A stretch of DNA of 64,000 nt from Patescibacteria group bacterium (GTDB lineage Bacteria; Patescibacteriota; Minisyncoccia; Phycocordibacterales; JAKAEA01), in the NCBI GenBank assembly GCA_040387855.1, contig JAZKCY010000001.1, forward strand, positions 846,922 through 910,921. Direction: 5' to 3'. The position numbers were made by a program, and so were the translations under genes. Shown one piece after another: positions 19,809-29,311 of this stretch. The stretch's first letter is position 1. Every line of letters begins with the position of its first letter. Under the pieces are notes generated by a model. The model saw nothing but the letters and a program-made list of their open reading frames with translations. It was not told where the DNA came from and ran no database searches.

Positions 19809-21281
19809 ATGTTCTCAAAAAAAATTTATCTTATAGTTAGTTTATGTATCATCGGTCTCTATTTATTTACACTTAAAGGTAATTTTGATCAACCGTTTAT
19901 TAGTCAGCTTTACTGCCCGTTTGAATCTGCACATGAGTGTGCTCCATTTGCAAACATGCAAAGCCTTATCTATTACGGATCAAACTCATTAGATAAAAAC
20001 TTAGTTGTTTTTGGGAGAATAGATGTTGGTTTCTATCAAGGGAATTTTTATAGTCTATTTCCACCTGGTCTTGCCATCCTAGCCATTCCTTTCTATCTTC
20101 TTGGCCATGCATTTCATGTAGGCCAACTTTTTGCATTCTCATTTGTTATGATCTGTGCTCTTCTTAATGGGTTGCTTTTATACTATATTTCGCGAAGTAT
20201 ATTTAAGCTATCTACACGTGCATCACTCATAACGCCGGTTATCTTCCTTTTAAGCTCAACGGCGTGGTCCTATGGCATTACATTTTTTCAACATCAGGTA
20301 AGCACCACACTGCTCCTACTGTGTTTTTGGCTTATCTGGAAAGGATCACAGACAAGTCTACCACATTGGAAGTATACCTATGTGCCAGTGGCTTTATACG
20401 GGCTTTCTGGGCATATAGATTATCCCAATCTAGTACTCCTTTCCCCAATGATGGTCTATTTGTTGGTAGTAATTTGTAAAGCAGCAGCTCCTCGTATCCA
20501 GAAAGCATTTCTTATGTTTAAGTTGCTAGCAGTACTTGGAATTCTTTTATTGTCTTATCCTTTATACAACCATATACTTTTTGGCGATTGGAGAATCTTG
20601 CAAAATAGACTGCCTCACTTTTTTGAAGTTGAAGAAGCAGGAGTCGCCGAACAAGAAAAACTCGTTAGGAGATCAGCTGTTTCATATATATTTGTGCTAG
20701 ATAGATTGCCGAAAGGACTCTACACTCTGCTGTTTTCCCCAGGTAGAGGACTATTCCTATATTCTCCTATTTTTATTTTCATATTTTTTACGCTACGAAA
20801 AAGATTCTTTAAAAATGCAACGACTGAGCAATGTATACTTTGGCTTACCGTAATTCTTTTCCTCTTGCTGTATGGTAGCTATGGTGATGCATCAGGAGGA
20901 TTTTCTTATGGTCCTAGGTTTTTAGTACCCATAATGGCGATTTTATCTCTGTTTGTTGCTCAATATATTGATAGTCTTAAAAACAAAATAATTACTATTG
21001 CATTGTTTATAACGTTAAGTTATTCACAAGCGATAGCACTCCTAGGAGCCATTACACAAAGCATTAATGTCCCTTGTGTTGCTCCAGCCACTATTTCTAC
21101 ATGTACATATGTCATGAATATTGGACACCTTATATCAAATAAGAGTAACAGTTTTGTATATAAAACTATGCTACAAGATCATGTGCCTTTATTCTTTGTA
21201 TACATATTTATACTTATGCTCATTACTAGTATGTCTGCAACGCTTATTTTTCAAAATAAAAAAGATCCGAATTCAACCTAG
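19809..21281 (+). CDS. Polytopic membrane protein, GT-C-like (ArnT/PMT-like) glycosyltransferase candidate
   Basis: 490 aa with at least 10 TM helices. Its start is 4 nt after the stop of the upstream GT2. No soluble domain. Confidence 0.45.
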   Translation: MFSKKIYLIVSLCIIGLYLFTLKGNFDQPFISQLYCPFESAHECAPFANMQSLIYYGSNSLDKNLVVFGRIDVGFYQGNFYSLFPPGLAILAIPFYLLGHAFHVGQLFAFSFVMICALLNGLLLYYISRSIFKLSTRASLITPVIFLLSSTAWSYGITFFQHQVSTTLLLLCFWLIWKGSQTSLPHWKYTYVPVALYGLSGHIDYPNLVLLSPMMVYLLVVICKAAAPRIQKAFLMFKLLAVLGILLLSYPLYNHILFGDWRILQNRLPHFFEVEEAGVAEQEKLVRRSAVSYIFVLDRLPKGLYTLLFSPGRGLFLYSPIFIFIFFTLRKRFFKNATTEQCILWLTVILFLLLYGSYGDASGGFSYGPRFLVPIMAILSLFVAQYIDSLKNKIITIALFITLSYSQAIALLGAITQSINVPCVAPATISTCTYVMNIGHLISNKSNSFVYKTMLQDHVPLFFVYIFILMLITSMSATLIFQNKKDPNST

Positions 21282-21505
21282 CATAGAGCTGTGTCAAATC
21301 GAATCTTAAAAAATGATTCCCATTGCTTTTGAGATGTATTATTCGGATCGAGTTTTTCAAGGGCTTTCTCGAGTACATTGTCAGCGAGAAATACCCTACT
21401 TTTTTTATCGTTGATAATTCTTCTACACTCATCTGCAATTTCATCTCCCCATGCGCCCCTTGTACGAGCGAGAAATGCTTCTGCTTCAGGTGTATCGCGC
21501 AGCAT
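21278..21505 (-). CDS. Hypothetical protein (75 aa)
   Basis: ORF MLRDTPEAEAFLARTRGAWGDE... preceded by a strong SD (taAGGAGGcgaaATG). The overlapping 21244..21528 ORF in another frame was judged less likely. Confidence 0.45.
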   Translation of the reverse strand: MLRDTPEAEAFLARTRGAWGDEIADECRRIINDKKSRVFLADNVLEKALEKLDPNNTSQKQWESFFKIRFDTALC

Positions 21506-21553
21506 TTCGCCTCCTTATGTATGAACACATCAATTCCAACAAAATACTACTAC

Positions 21554-21582
21554 TATCATAGACAATACTTACTGTTAAATCA
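21554..21582 (-). promoter_or_regulatory. Candidate sigma70 promoter for the 75-aa ORF (TTGATT-17-TATGAT)
   Basis: Minus-strand reading gives TTGATTtaacagtaagtattgtcTATGAT, located about 45 nt upstream of the SD. Confidence 0.4.
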
Positions 21583-21612
21583 ACAAAAAACCACTTATAA
21601 AAAGTGGTTTTT
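21583..21612. terminator. Bidirectional rho-independent terminator downstream of the 5S rRNA
   Basis: aaaaaaccacttataaaaagtggtttttt forms a perfect 9-bp stem flanked by A-run and T-run tracts. Confidence 0.6.
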
Positions 21613-21622
21613 TGATTAAATA

Positions 21623-21737
21623 CTTCGTACCGGCGGCTAGCTACTTTCCCCCCAGAAGGGTATCATCGCCTCAACGGGGCTTAACTGCTGTGTTCGGAAT
21701 GAGAACAGGTGTGGCCCCCGCGACAAACCACCAGAAC
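21623..21737 (-). rRNA. rrf: 5S rRNA
   Basis: The reverse complement reads tctggtggtttgtcgcggggg...ccgaacacagcagttaagccccgttgaggcgatgatacccttctggggggaaagtagctagccgccggtacgaag, which has the canonical 5S helices and the CCGAAC...GTTAAGC core. Confidence 0.85.
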
Positions 21738-22149
21738 GAAACATTCAATGTACTACTTTCAAATTTAATCAATTGAAAGCTCTAAAGTGGGCGCGGCTAC
21801 CAGGAAGTGGGGGACCTGAACAACAAGCCGGCCACTTTATTACTGGAAGACCACGCTTCGCTCCGAAGAGCTAAAGAACATGATCCACTTTGGAACTTTC
21901 AATTACAAGAGCTTTTACAAACAACAATACTTACTGTTCATGGAACCCCTCGATTTCACTCGGGGTAAAAATTCCATGTAACAGGATAAAATCAAGATTT
22001 TGCAATTTAAATTGCGGTGCTTCATACATTTCCTAATAAGGATCGATTAATTAGTACATCTCGGCTCAACACATTACTGTGCGTACACCTAATGCCTATA
22101 TACGTAATCATCTCTTACGAATCTCAAACGATTTCTAATCTTGGAGTAT

Positions 22150-22180
<31 letters not shown>

Positions 22181-22336
22181 ATTTCCCGACATAGCTACTC
22201 TGCGATGCCCTTGGCAGGACAGCAGATAGACCAGAGGTCAGTTCAACTCGGTCCTCTCGTACTAGAGTCAAATCTCCTCAAAAATCAACGCCTGCAGCAG
22301 ATAGGAGACCAACCTGTCTCACGCATATTTGTCACA

Positions 22337-22662
22337 CATCACTGTGTGTATTGGACTATAGCTTCATCCCCTTTTTAAAGAAGGACTACTGACGATTAGT
22401 CTCTACGGGCTCTAGATTTCTCTAAATTCCCTCGGTATAGCCTTGATCATCAATCAAGATTCCACCGAAATTAGTCAGTTTGATTCATAAATATTTCTAT
22501 TCATGACCGCCGTGATTAGTATACTTCTGTATACTGGTTAGTTTCATATCTTGCGAATAGGTTACTCACCTATTCGACTTTGTTAAACGAAAAAACACTT
22601 TAATGTTTTCTTCCTCTGTTGGGGTTCAGACGGTTCAAGAGACAACTCACGTTATCTACTGA
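22337..22662 (-). other. Intervening sequence 1 in 23S rRNA (about 326 nt, ORF-less), a putative group I intron at E. coli position about 2585-2593
   Basis: The exon sequence ...GGTTCAGACCGT | CGTGAGACAGGTTGGTCTCCTATCTG... matches E. coli GGTTTAGAACGTCGTGAGACAGTTCGGTCCCTATCTG. It is interrupted by 326 nt that are absent from canonical 23S. The upstream exon ends in T and the insert ends in G. Confidence 0.6.
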
Positions 22663-23325
22663 ACGGTCTGAACCCAGCTCGCGTATCTTTTTAAATGGCG
22701 AACAGCCATACCCTTGGAAGCTTCTCCACCTCCAGGATAAGATGAGCCGACATCGAGGTGCCGAACACTACCGTCGCTCTGGACGCTTAGGTAGTACCAG
22801 CCTGTTATCCCTAGAGTAGCTTTTATCCGATAATCTCCGGCCGCATCTAATGCGAACCGTCGGTTCACTTTGTCCCGCTTTCGCGCCTGTTCGACAAGTA
22901 CGTCTTACAGTCAAGCAAGCTTATGCCAATACACTATCGCCACGGTTTCCATTCGCGGCTAGCTTACCTTAATGAACTCCTCCGTTACTTTTTAGGAGGA
23001 TAGCGCCCCACTAAAACTGCCCACCAGATACTGTCTCTCATCGTTTTTGCCGTTGAGGTTAGAGTGTACATCTATAAAGAATGGTATTTCACTGACGACT
23101 CCACCATCCCCGAGAGGATAGCTTCAAAGTCTCCCATCTATGCTACGCAGTAACAACGTACACGCAATATCAAGTTGCAGTAAAGCTTCTAGGGTCTTTT
23201 CGTCTAGCTGCAGGTAACCGGCATCTTCACCGGTATTGTATTTTCACCGGGCGAGTCCCCGAGACAGTTGCTCAGTCATTACACCATTCGTGCGCGTCAG
23301 AACTTACCTGACAAGGAATTTCGCT

Positions 23326-23573
<248 letters not shown>

Positions 23574-24995
23574 CAGGGCTTATATCAGTCAGCAATTAAA
23601 TCTTGCGATCCAATCACCGCCAATATTTGACCTTCTGGCATTGGTCAGGTGTCACCCCCTATACATCCTCTTTCGAGTTCGCAGGGAGCTGTGTTTTTGG
23701 TAAACAGTTGCCAAGCATACTTTAGCTGCGGCCTACTTGCGTAGGCAAGCCTTATCCCGAAGTTACGGCTGCTTTTTTGCCGAGTTCCTTGGGGACCTCT
23801 CACCCGTTCGTCTTGGTCTACTCGACCTGATCACCTGTGTCGGTTTGCGGTACGGTTTTCATAGTGATAATTTTAGGGGTTTTTCTTGGGAGCGTGCTTT
23901 CAAGACTTAGCTTGGGTTGCCCCTTGCATCGTCGCTTCATTTCCAGTCGCCATTGAAGGCAGAGTTCCGGATTTACCTAGAACTCCCAGTTAAGACACGA
24001 ACATCAATCCAATAAGATGATCTTGATACTACACCCCGTCCTCCCATCAAACACTATAAAAGTCATGGAATATTAACCATGTGTCCATCGGATGCGGCGT
24101 TTGCCATCTCCTTAGGCCCGACTAACCCTTCGCTGATTGTCATCGCGAAGGAAACCTTGATCTTTCGACGTGTATGGTTTTCACATACATTGTGGTTACT
24201 TGTGCCAACATTCTTACTTCGCAACGCTCCAGTATGGGTCACCCCTTTACCTTCATCGCTGATGCGAATACTCTCCTACCAGTATAACTATTCGAAAATA
24301 ATTATAATCCTCAGTTTCGGTACTACGCTTAGCCCCGATTATCTTCGGTGCGGAAACTCTCGATGAGTGAGCTGTTACGCTTTCTTTAAAGGATGGCTGC
24401 TTCTAAGCCAACCTCCTCATTGTCTGAGAGTTTCCACTTCCTTGAGTGCACTTAGCGTAAATTTAGGGACCTTAAATAGAGATCCGGGCTGTTTCCCTTT
24501 TGACCAATGGAGCTTAGCCCCCACAGTCTAACTGCCATGTTCTTGATCTTTGGTATTCGGAGTTTGATAGGTCTCGCGAGATTTCTCCCTGTCGAGACCT
24601 TCCAGTGCTCTACCCCCAAAGGGAACACATGACGCTAGCCCAAAAGCTATTTCGGAGAGAACCAGCTATTACCAGGCTCGGTTAGCTTTTCACTTCTTAC
24701 CACAAGTCATCCCAAGATGTTGAACGGTCTACGGGTTCGGGCCTCCATTGTTCTTTCGAACAACTTCACCCTGCTCATGGCAAGCTCGCTCTGGTTTCGG
24801 GTCTGATGCATACTACTTATTCGCGCTATTCACACTCGGTTTCCCTAGGACTCCAAGCTCTCGCTCTTAGTCATGCAGCATGCATCAACTCGTTGGCTCA
24901 TTCTTCAATAGGCACGCCGTGACGGATGCTTGCGCACCCGCTCCGACTCCTTGTAGGCATATGGTTTCAGGTCTATTTCACTGTCCTCACCGGAC

Positions 24996-25037
<42 letters not shown>

Positions 25038-25839
25038 TCTGAAAATATTTAGCCTTACCGGTTAGTTCCGGCAGATTCCTCCGAGCCATTCGTGTCTCGA
25101 AGTACTCAAGAATGACAACAAAAAAGATAATTCATTTTAACGTACGGGGCCATTACCCTCTAGGGCGCTGCTTTCCAACAGCTTGCGCTAATGAATCATT
25201 TTGTAACTTTTCTTGCTTAAAAAGCAACGTTATCACCTTACAACCCCCAGTCGTCAACTTAGAAGAGAATTGCTTCCCCACTAAGTTGAAGACTGAGTTT
25301 GGGCTTCTACGCTTTCGCTCGCCGCTACTTACGTAATACTTATTAGTTTCTTTTCCTCTAGGTACTGAAATGTTTTACTTCCCTAGGTATGCTCTAAATG
25401 CGTCAAGCGCATTAGTCTCAACTTATAGTTGAGGGGTTTCCCCATTCGGAAATCTTCGGATCGACTGTTGCCAGGCACATCCCCGAAGCTTATCGCAGCC
25501 ATGCCACGTCCTTCATCGCTTTTCAGAGCCAAGGCATCCACCATATGCCCTTACATTCCCTATTAGGAAATGTAAGAACCACAATCTTGTTTTATCCTGT
25601 TACATGTAATCTTTCGATTTCAGTAACAAGTTTTAATGTATTGTTTACCTGTTTAATCACTATTGCCCTACAAGACAATAGTGAAGTTTTTGTTCTGATG
25701 ATGTTCTTATCAAACATCACCAGAGCTCTTGCCTGTCCTCACCACCCGAAAAGACCCATATGCACTCCTGCACGTAAGTTCTTTAGTGATGGAACAGAAT
25801 TAAATTTTCAAATGACTTATTCGGACTTATATTCTTAAC

Positions 25840-25864
25840 AAAAAATCCGCTTTCGCGCGGATCG
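25840..25864 (-). terminator. Rho-independent terminator (minus strand) in the spacer between the GC-rich island and the 23S rRNA leader
   Basis: The minus strand reads cgatccgcgcgaaagcggat followed by TTTTTT. Confidence 0.45.
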
Positions 25865-26036
25865 TAGATACACTCTATTGCTAGGGCTTATCTATATCCG
25901 ATTAAGATTTCTTGTTAACAACATAATTTCAGTAGTGATGCCTATTATACACACCGAGAAAATAGAGTCAAGAGATTATTTAAAACAAATGAAACACCTA
26001 TATAAATCAAGCTAAGATTAGTATTTAAAGACGAAT

Positions 26037-26062
26037 GAAGCCGCACTGTTTGGTGCGGCTTC
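26037..26062. terminator. Perfect 10-bp hairpin at the left edge of the GC-rich island (possible terminator or boundary element)
   Basis: gaagccgcac tgtttg gtgcggcttc. On the plus strand it is followed by a T-rich tract. Confidence 0.3.
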
Positions 26063-26152
26063 GTGCTCATTTTATTATTCGGTAGTAGCACACCGGGCGA
26101 ATTTCTTCGCGAAAGATCAAATGTGACTCAGTTCAGGACCTCAGACGTCAGG

Positions 26153-27001
26153 TCAGCCCTTCGCCGACGGCCCAGCATGTCCGTCTTCGGGGGCGACCAC
26201 ACGGGTCGGGTCCGGGGACTCCCAGGCGTAGCTGTCGATGGGTTTCCCGTCGGTACCCGTGGGAACCCAGTCGGCCGGAGCGCGGAGGCCGTAGAGGCTG
26301 CTACCCAAGGCCTCGAGGTCGATCGGCTCATCACTTTCGTGCGTGACGTCGAGCAGCAACCCCTGACCGTCACCGACAGCGTCGGGATAGGGATCGTGGG
26401 TAATGCTCACGACCCTCAGGCTGGTCACTCGCATCCCGGTAACCGCGGAGTTGTCCGGGACCGGAATGGATACCCCAGCGAACCGCTGATCATCCTCGTC
26501 GCGCTTCGAGAAGGCCATGACGATGAGAAACCGCATGAGCGATCCTCCCGTCAAAATCTCCTCTTGGTACAGCGCATACGCCACGGCCATCAGGATGCCG
26601 ATGATGCTCGGCAGTAGCGACACCAATGCTTCCCCGAGGACGATTGCGTAGATCCCGCTGACGAGTGCAAACGCCGAGCCAAGAAGCGCAAACCACCAGC
26701 AGATGAAGACTCCGACCTCGTCGTCCGACGTGCCGTTCTCGATCTCCGTAGCCACCGCCTTGATGATCTTCATCCAGACGATGATCACGAGGAACAGGAA
26801 CAGCGAATCGAACCACCGCGAGAGGTTGATCACCGTCCCGGCCGAAACCAGGGAGAGATCAAACGACATGCGGTAGGCCTCGATCGGCACCTCCGACTGG
26901 TTGGCCCAGTACACCAGGCTCACGCTAAGCGCGAACAGCGCCCAGACAGAAGCCGGAAGCGACCAGAGGAACGACACGGTAGAAAAAAAGATTCGAGACA
27001 T
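26153..27001 (-). CDS. Island ORF 1: polytopic membrane protein with a C-terminal acidic soluble domain (282 aa), function unknown
   Basis: High-GC ORF. About 5 TM helices in the first roughly 170 aa, then a D/E/P-rich soluble tail. RBS is tcAAGGAcggtttacaATG. The overlapping ORFs in other frames look like R/G/P-rich high-GC artefacts. Confidence 0.55.
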   Translation of the reverse strand: MSRIFFSTVSFLWSLPASVWALFALSVSLVYWANQSEVPIEAYRMSFDLSLVSAGTVINLSRWFDSLFLFLVIIVWMKIIKAVATEIENGTSDDEVGVFICWWFALLGSAFALVSGIYAIVLGEALVSLLPSIIGILMAVAYALYQEEILTGGSLMRFLIVMAFSKRDEDDQRFAGVSIPVPDNSAVTGMRVTSLRVVSITHDPYPDAVGDGQGLLLDVTHESDEPIDLEALGSSLYGLRAPADWVPTGTDGKPIDSYAWESPDPTRVVAPEDGHAGPSAKG

Positions 27002-27065
27002 TGTAAACCGTCCTTGATTGAGAACTAATGGATACTAAACCGAACGATTCGGCCTATATCCACGC

Positions 27066-27102
27066 TGTGTATATATTACCATATTTTATACATAAAGTCA
27101 AA
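27066..27102 (-). promoter_or_regulatory. Near-consensus sigma70 promoter for island ORF 1 (TTGACT-17-TGgTAATAT)
   Basis: Minus strand: tTTGACTttatgtataaaatatggTAATATatac. -35 lies at revcomp 27096-27101 and -10 at revcomp 27073-27078. Confidence 0.5.
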
Positions 27103-27103
27103 T

Positions 27104-27136
27104 AAAAAAGACCCCACACAACTATGTCGTGCGGGG
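27104..27136 (-). terminator. Rho-independent terminator of island ORF 2
   Basis: Minus strand: ccccgcacgacatagttgtgtgggg followed by TCTTTTTT. One G.T wobble in an 8-bp stem. Confidence 0.5.
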
Positions 27137-27216
27137 CCCTTGCATTTCGAGAACGGTGGAAAATGCTCACCGATAAAGATCAAATCTCATGACGCTACGC
27201 TACTATGCCCTGTCAA

Positions 27217-27759
27217 TCAGGCCGGCCGCATGATCACGTGCATCGCGCGGCGCTTGAGGGCCTTCAAGAAAATCTTGGGCTTCATGACCGCAGCCCGGAG
27301 GCGCGGCATCTTGCAGTCCACGTAGTGGATGACCAAGCAGCAGACGCCGAGAATGATCAGTCCAATCCCCCCGAAGAACGCCATGCTCACGCCTTGGCCG
27401 GCGAGCGTCCCGAACCCCATGAAGAGGAAGGAGACCATGCCGATCCACACGTATACCTGGTCGTAGCTGAACGACTTGCCCCAGAGCATGCGGCGCCCGT
27501 AGGTGTCGTGGCCGGCGGCGTCCTTCTCCTTGCGGAGGGTCATGCCGTAGCAGAACGACCAGTGGCCGATGAACGCCATCAACCCGAGGGTAATGAGGTC
27601 CACGAACCGGGGGCCGTTGACCGCCTCCATGAAGAAGCGGCTCGGCCGGGCGTTGTTCCAGAGCCACGGCGTGCCGAAGGTCAGGATCACGAGCCCCCAG
27701 ATGCTGGCGATCGCGAGCGTGACCAGGAGAGCGAACACGTAGGACTTGATGCGGAACAT
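27217..27759 (-). CDS. Island ORF 2: four-TM membrane protein with a basic C-terminal tail (~181 aa), function unknown
   Basis: The ORF track gives 27217..27840, but the likely start is the internal ATG (revcomp 27757-27759), which is preceded by tcAAGGAcggttcccATG. The sequence is MFRIKSYVFALLVTLAIASIWGLVIL.... Confidence 0.55.
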   Translation of the reverse strand: MFRIKSYVFALLVTLAIASIWGLVILTFGTPWLWNNARPSRFFMEAVNGPRFVDLITLGLMAFIGHWSFCYGMTLRKEKDAAGHDTYGRRMLWGKSFSYDQVYVWIGMVSFLFMGFGTLAGQGVSMAFFGGIGLIILGVCCLVIHYVDCKMPRLRAAVMKPKIFLKALKRRAMHVIMRPA

Positions 27760-27829
27760 GGGAACCGTCCTTGAAATGAGAGCTGACGTGCATACGACCG
27801 GACTGTCCGGCAATAACACATCCTGGGTA

Positions 27830-27858
27830 TATGATATCATATTTATACAAATTTGTCA
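27830..27858 (-). promoter_or_regulatory. Near-consensus sigma70 promoter for island ORF 2 (TTGACA-17-TGaTATCAT), divergent partner of the ORF 3 promoter
   Basis: Minus strand: TTGACAaatttgtataaatatgaTATCAT. -35 lies at revcomp 27853-27858. Confidence 0.5.
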
Positions 27859-27867
27859 AATATATTA

Positions 27868-27895
27868 TTTGACTTTATTTATTTATATGATATAA
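27868..27895 (+). promoter_or_regulatory. Near-consensus sigma70 promoter for island ORF 3 (TTGACT-16-TGaTATAAT)
   Basis: TTGACTttatttatttatatgaTATAAT. -35 is at 27868-27873 and -10 at 27890-27895, with an extended TG. Confidence 0.55.
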
Positions 27896-27994
27896 TACAT
27901 ACTAAGGAAAAGCGTTCGGTTACTCTCGGTCTCCGGGAGCGACGCTAATCCAAGACTCCTGTTACCTGCGAATTTCGCAGGAGGAGAAGGTATC

Positions 27995-28471
27995 GTGATT
28001 GGAATGATCCAGAGCACGCTTCGTCAGTTCGCCCTCACCAGCAACGATCCCAGCCTCGACCTCACCCAGAGGCGGCAGGGGTGGCAGCCCAGCTGGATGT
28101 GGGTGCGGATGGGTGACCTTGTGCAGGCGGTGAACAGCGCCCACCCCGAGCTCTCTCCCTTCGACCAGAAGATCTGGACCGGCAAGGAGCTCGGAAACAC
28201 GTTTGCCGAGATCAACCGGATCCAGACCTTCTGGTTTGTCATGGAGGGCTACAAGGAGCCCCAGTACGAGAACATCGTCCGCGGCATCCCGCCCAGGAAC
28301 ATCCCGTTCGACCAGCTGGAGCTCTTCGTCCCCGCAGTCTGGGCCGAGCAGGTCTTCGCGATCACCCGCAAGGGCATCACGGCGATCCTGTGGATGAGCA
28401 ACAAGCCCTACGGTCAACGCGGAACGAACATCGTCGCCATCGACGAGATTCTCAAGGCCGCCGCGGCCTAA
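27995..28471 (+). CDS. Island ORF 3: hypothetical cytoplasmic protein (158 aa)
   Basis: GTG start 9 nt downstream of GGAGG. The SD is partly sequestered in the perfect hairpin cctgcgaa-t-ttcgcagg (27965-27981). No recognisable domain. Confidence 0.55.
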   Translation: MIGMIQSTLRQFALTSNDPSLDLTQRRQGWQPSWMWVRMGDLVQAVNSAHPELSPFDQKIWTGKELGNTFAEINRIQTFWFVMEGYKEPQYENIVRGIPPRNIPFDQLELFVPAVWAEQVFAITRKGITAILWMSNKPYGQRGTNIVAIDEILKAAAA

Positions 28472-28510
28472 AATAATGTACCCCGACAATTCACCGGGAA
28501 TGTGAATTAA

Positions 28511-28562
28511 GAACCCCGAGCCCCGGAGCCTGCGAAAGCACGCCCCGGGGTTCACTATTTTA
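28511..28562 (+). terminator. Rho-independent terminator of island ORF 3
   Basis: gaaccccg...ccggggttc forms an 8-bp GC-rich stem with an internal loop, followed by ACTATTTTAT. Confidence 0.5.
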
Positions 28563-28576
28563 TACAAACCCATAGT

Positions 28577-28604
28577 TTGACTTTCTGTATTTTTATGATA
28601 TAAT
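28577..28604 (+). promoter_or_regulatory. Near-consensus sigma70 promoter for island ORF 4 (TTGACT-16-TGaTATAAT)
   Basis: TTGACTttctgtatttttatgaTATAAT, the same architecture as the ORF 3 promoter. The 5' UTR contains the 12-bp perfect palindrome CCACACGTGTGG (28641-28652). Confidence 0.55.
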
Positions 28605-28691
28605 TAGCACAGACATACAAAGGGTTCGAGTAGTGGTGATCCACACGTGTGGTCCCTATTTTAATCCAATGTATACCTGGGAGATCCTGAT

Positions 28692-29156
28692 ATGTTGAAC
28701 ACTTTAATGAGCCGTGCGGCAGCGTACATCAACACGATGCCCGAAGGCTCCAGCACGCGCAACCGTGCGTCGGCAGCGTTCGCACTGGCACAAGCGATCG
28801 CACTCTCCATGGCTCAACGCGAGCCGCGGGAGTCGAAGTTCGTGATGTTCACGAACCAGCAGCTCCAGCGCGCGTTCGATGTCCTCCGGCACTACAACGT
28901 GGAGACAGTCACCGACCACGAGTGCCTGGAGCCGGCGATCAAGATGTTGGCCTGGGCATTCATCCAGACCGCCAACGGCTTCGGTGAGAACATCGAGCGC
29001 GACATCAAGCTCGTGTTCATCGAAGGTGATCACTACAACGTCATCCACGAGGACACGCTCCACCGCGCGTTGACCTGCATCCGTGAAGGAGCAAAGTCGA
29101 TCGTAGCCGGAATCCCGGAGCTGGCCGGTGTGATGCACCCCGAATCCACAGTCTGA
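28692..29156 (+). CDS. Island ORF 4: hypothetical cytoplasmic protein (154 aa)
   Basis: ATG preceded by GGGAG at -8. High-GC codon usage. No recognisable domain. Confidence 0.55.
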   Translation: MLNTLMSRAAAYINTMPEGSSTRNRASAAFALAQAIALSMAQREPRESKFVMFTNQQLQRAFDVLRHYNVETVTDHECLEPAIKMLAWAFIQTANGFGENIERDIKLVFIEGDHYNVIHEDTLHRALTCIREGAKSIVAGIPELAGVMHPESTV

Positions 29157-29200
29157 AAGTACATGCCCATCTTCGCAGGCATATAGAAAAGCGAACAACC

Positions 29201-29250
29201 GAGCCCCGACACCAGAGACTTACATCTGGTGCCGGGGCTCTTACGTTTTA
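29201..29250 (+). terminator. Rho-independent terminator of island ORF 4
   Basis: gagccccgacaccag agacttacat ctggtgccggggctc forms a 15-bp stem with one mismatch, followed by TTACGTTTTAG. Confidence 0.55.
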
Positions 29251-29261
29251 GTAATCTACAA

Positions 29262-29307
29262 AATTTTATATAAAAAATGGTCAGGTCTCCCGGAGGAAAC
29301 CTGACCA
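29262..29307 (-). terminator. Rho-independent terminator of island ORF 5
   Basis: Minus strand: tggtcaggt ttcctccgggag acctgacca (perfect 9-bp stem) followed by TTTTTTATATAAAATTTT. It starts 5 nt after the stop codon. Confidence 0.6.
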
Positions 29308-29311
29308 TGTC

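Noticed and set aside
27789-27801. Palindrome ccggactgtccgg in the leader of island ORF 2, considered as an RNA hairpin
   Set aside because: A 6-bp stem with a 1-nt loop is sterically implausible as RNA structure. It may instead be a DNA-level protein-binding site. It is too short to call a feature with confidence.
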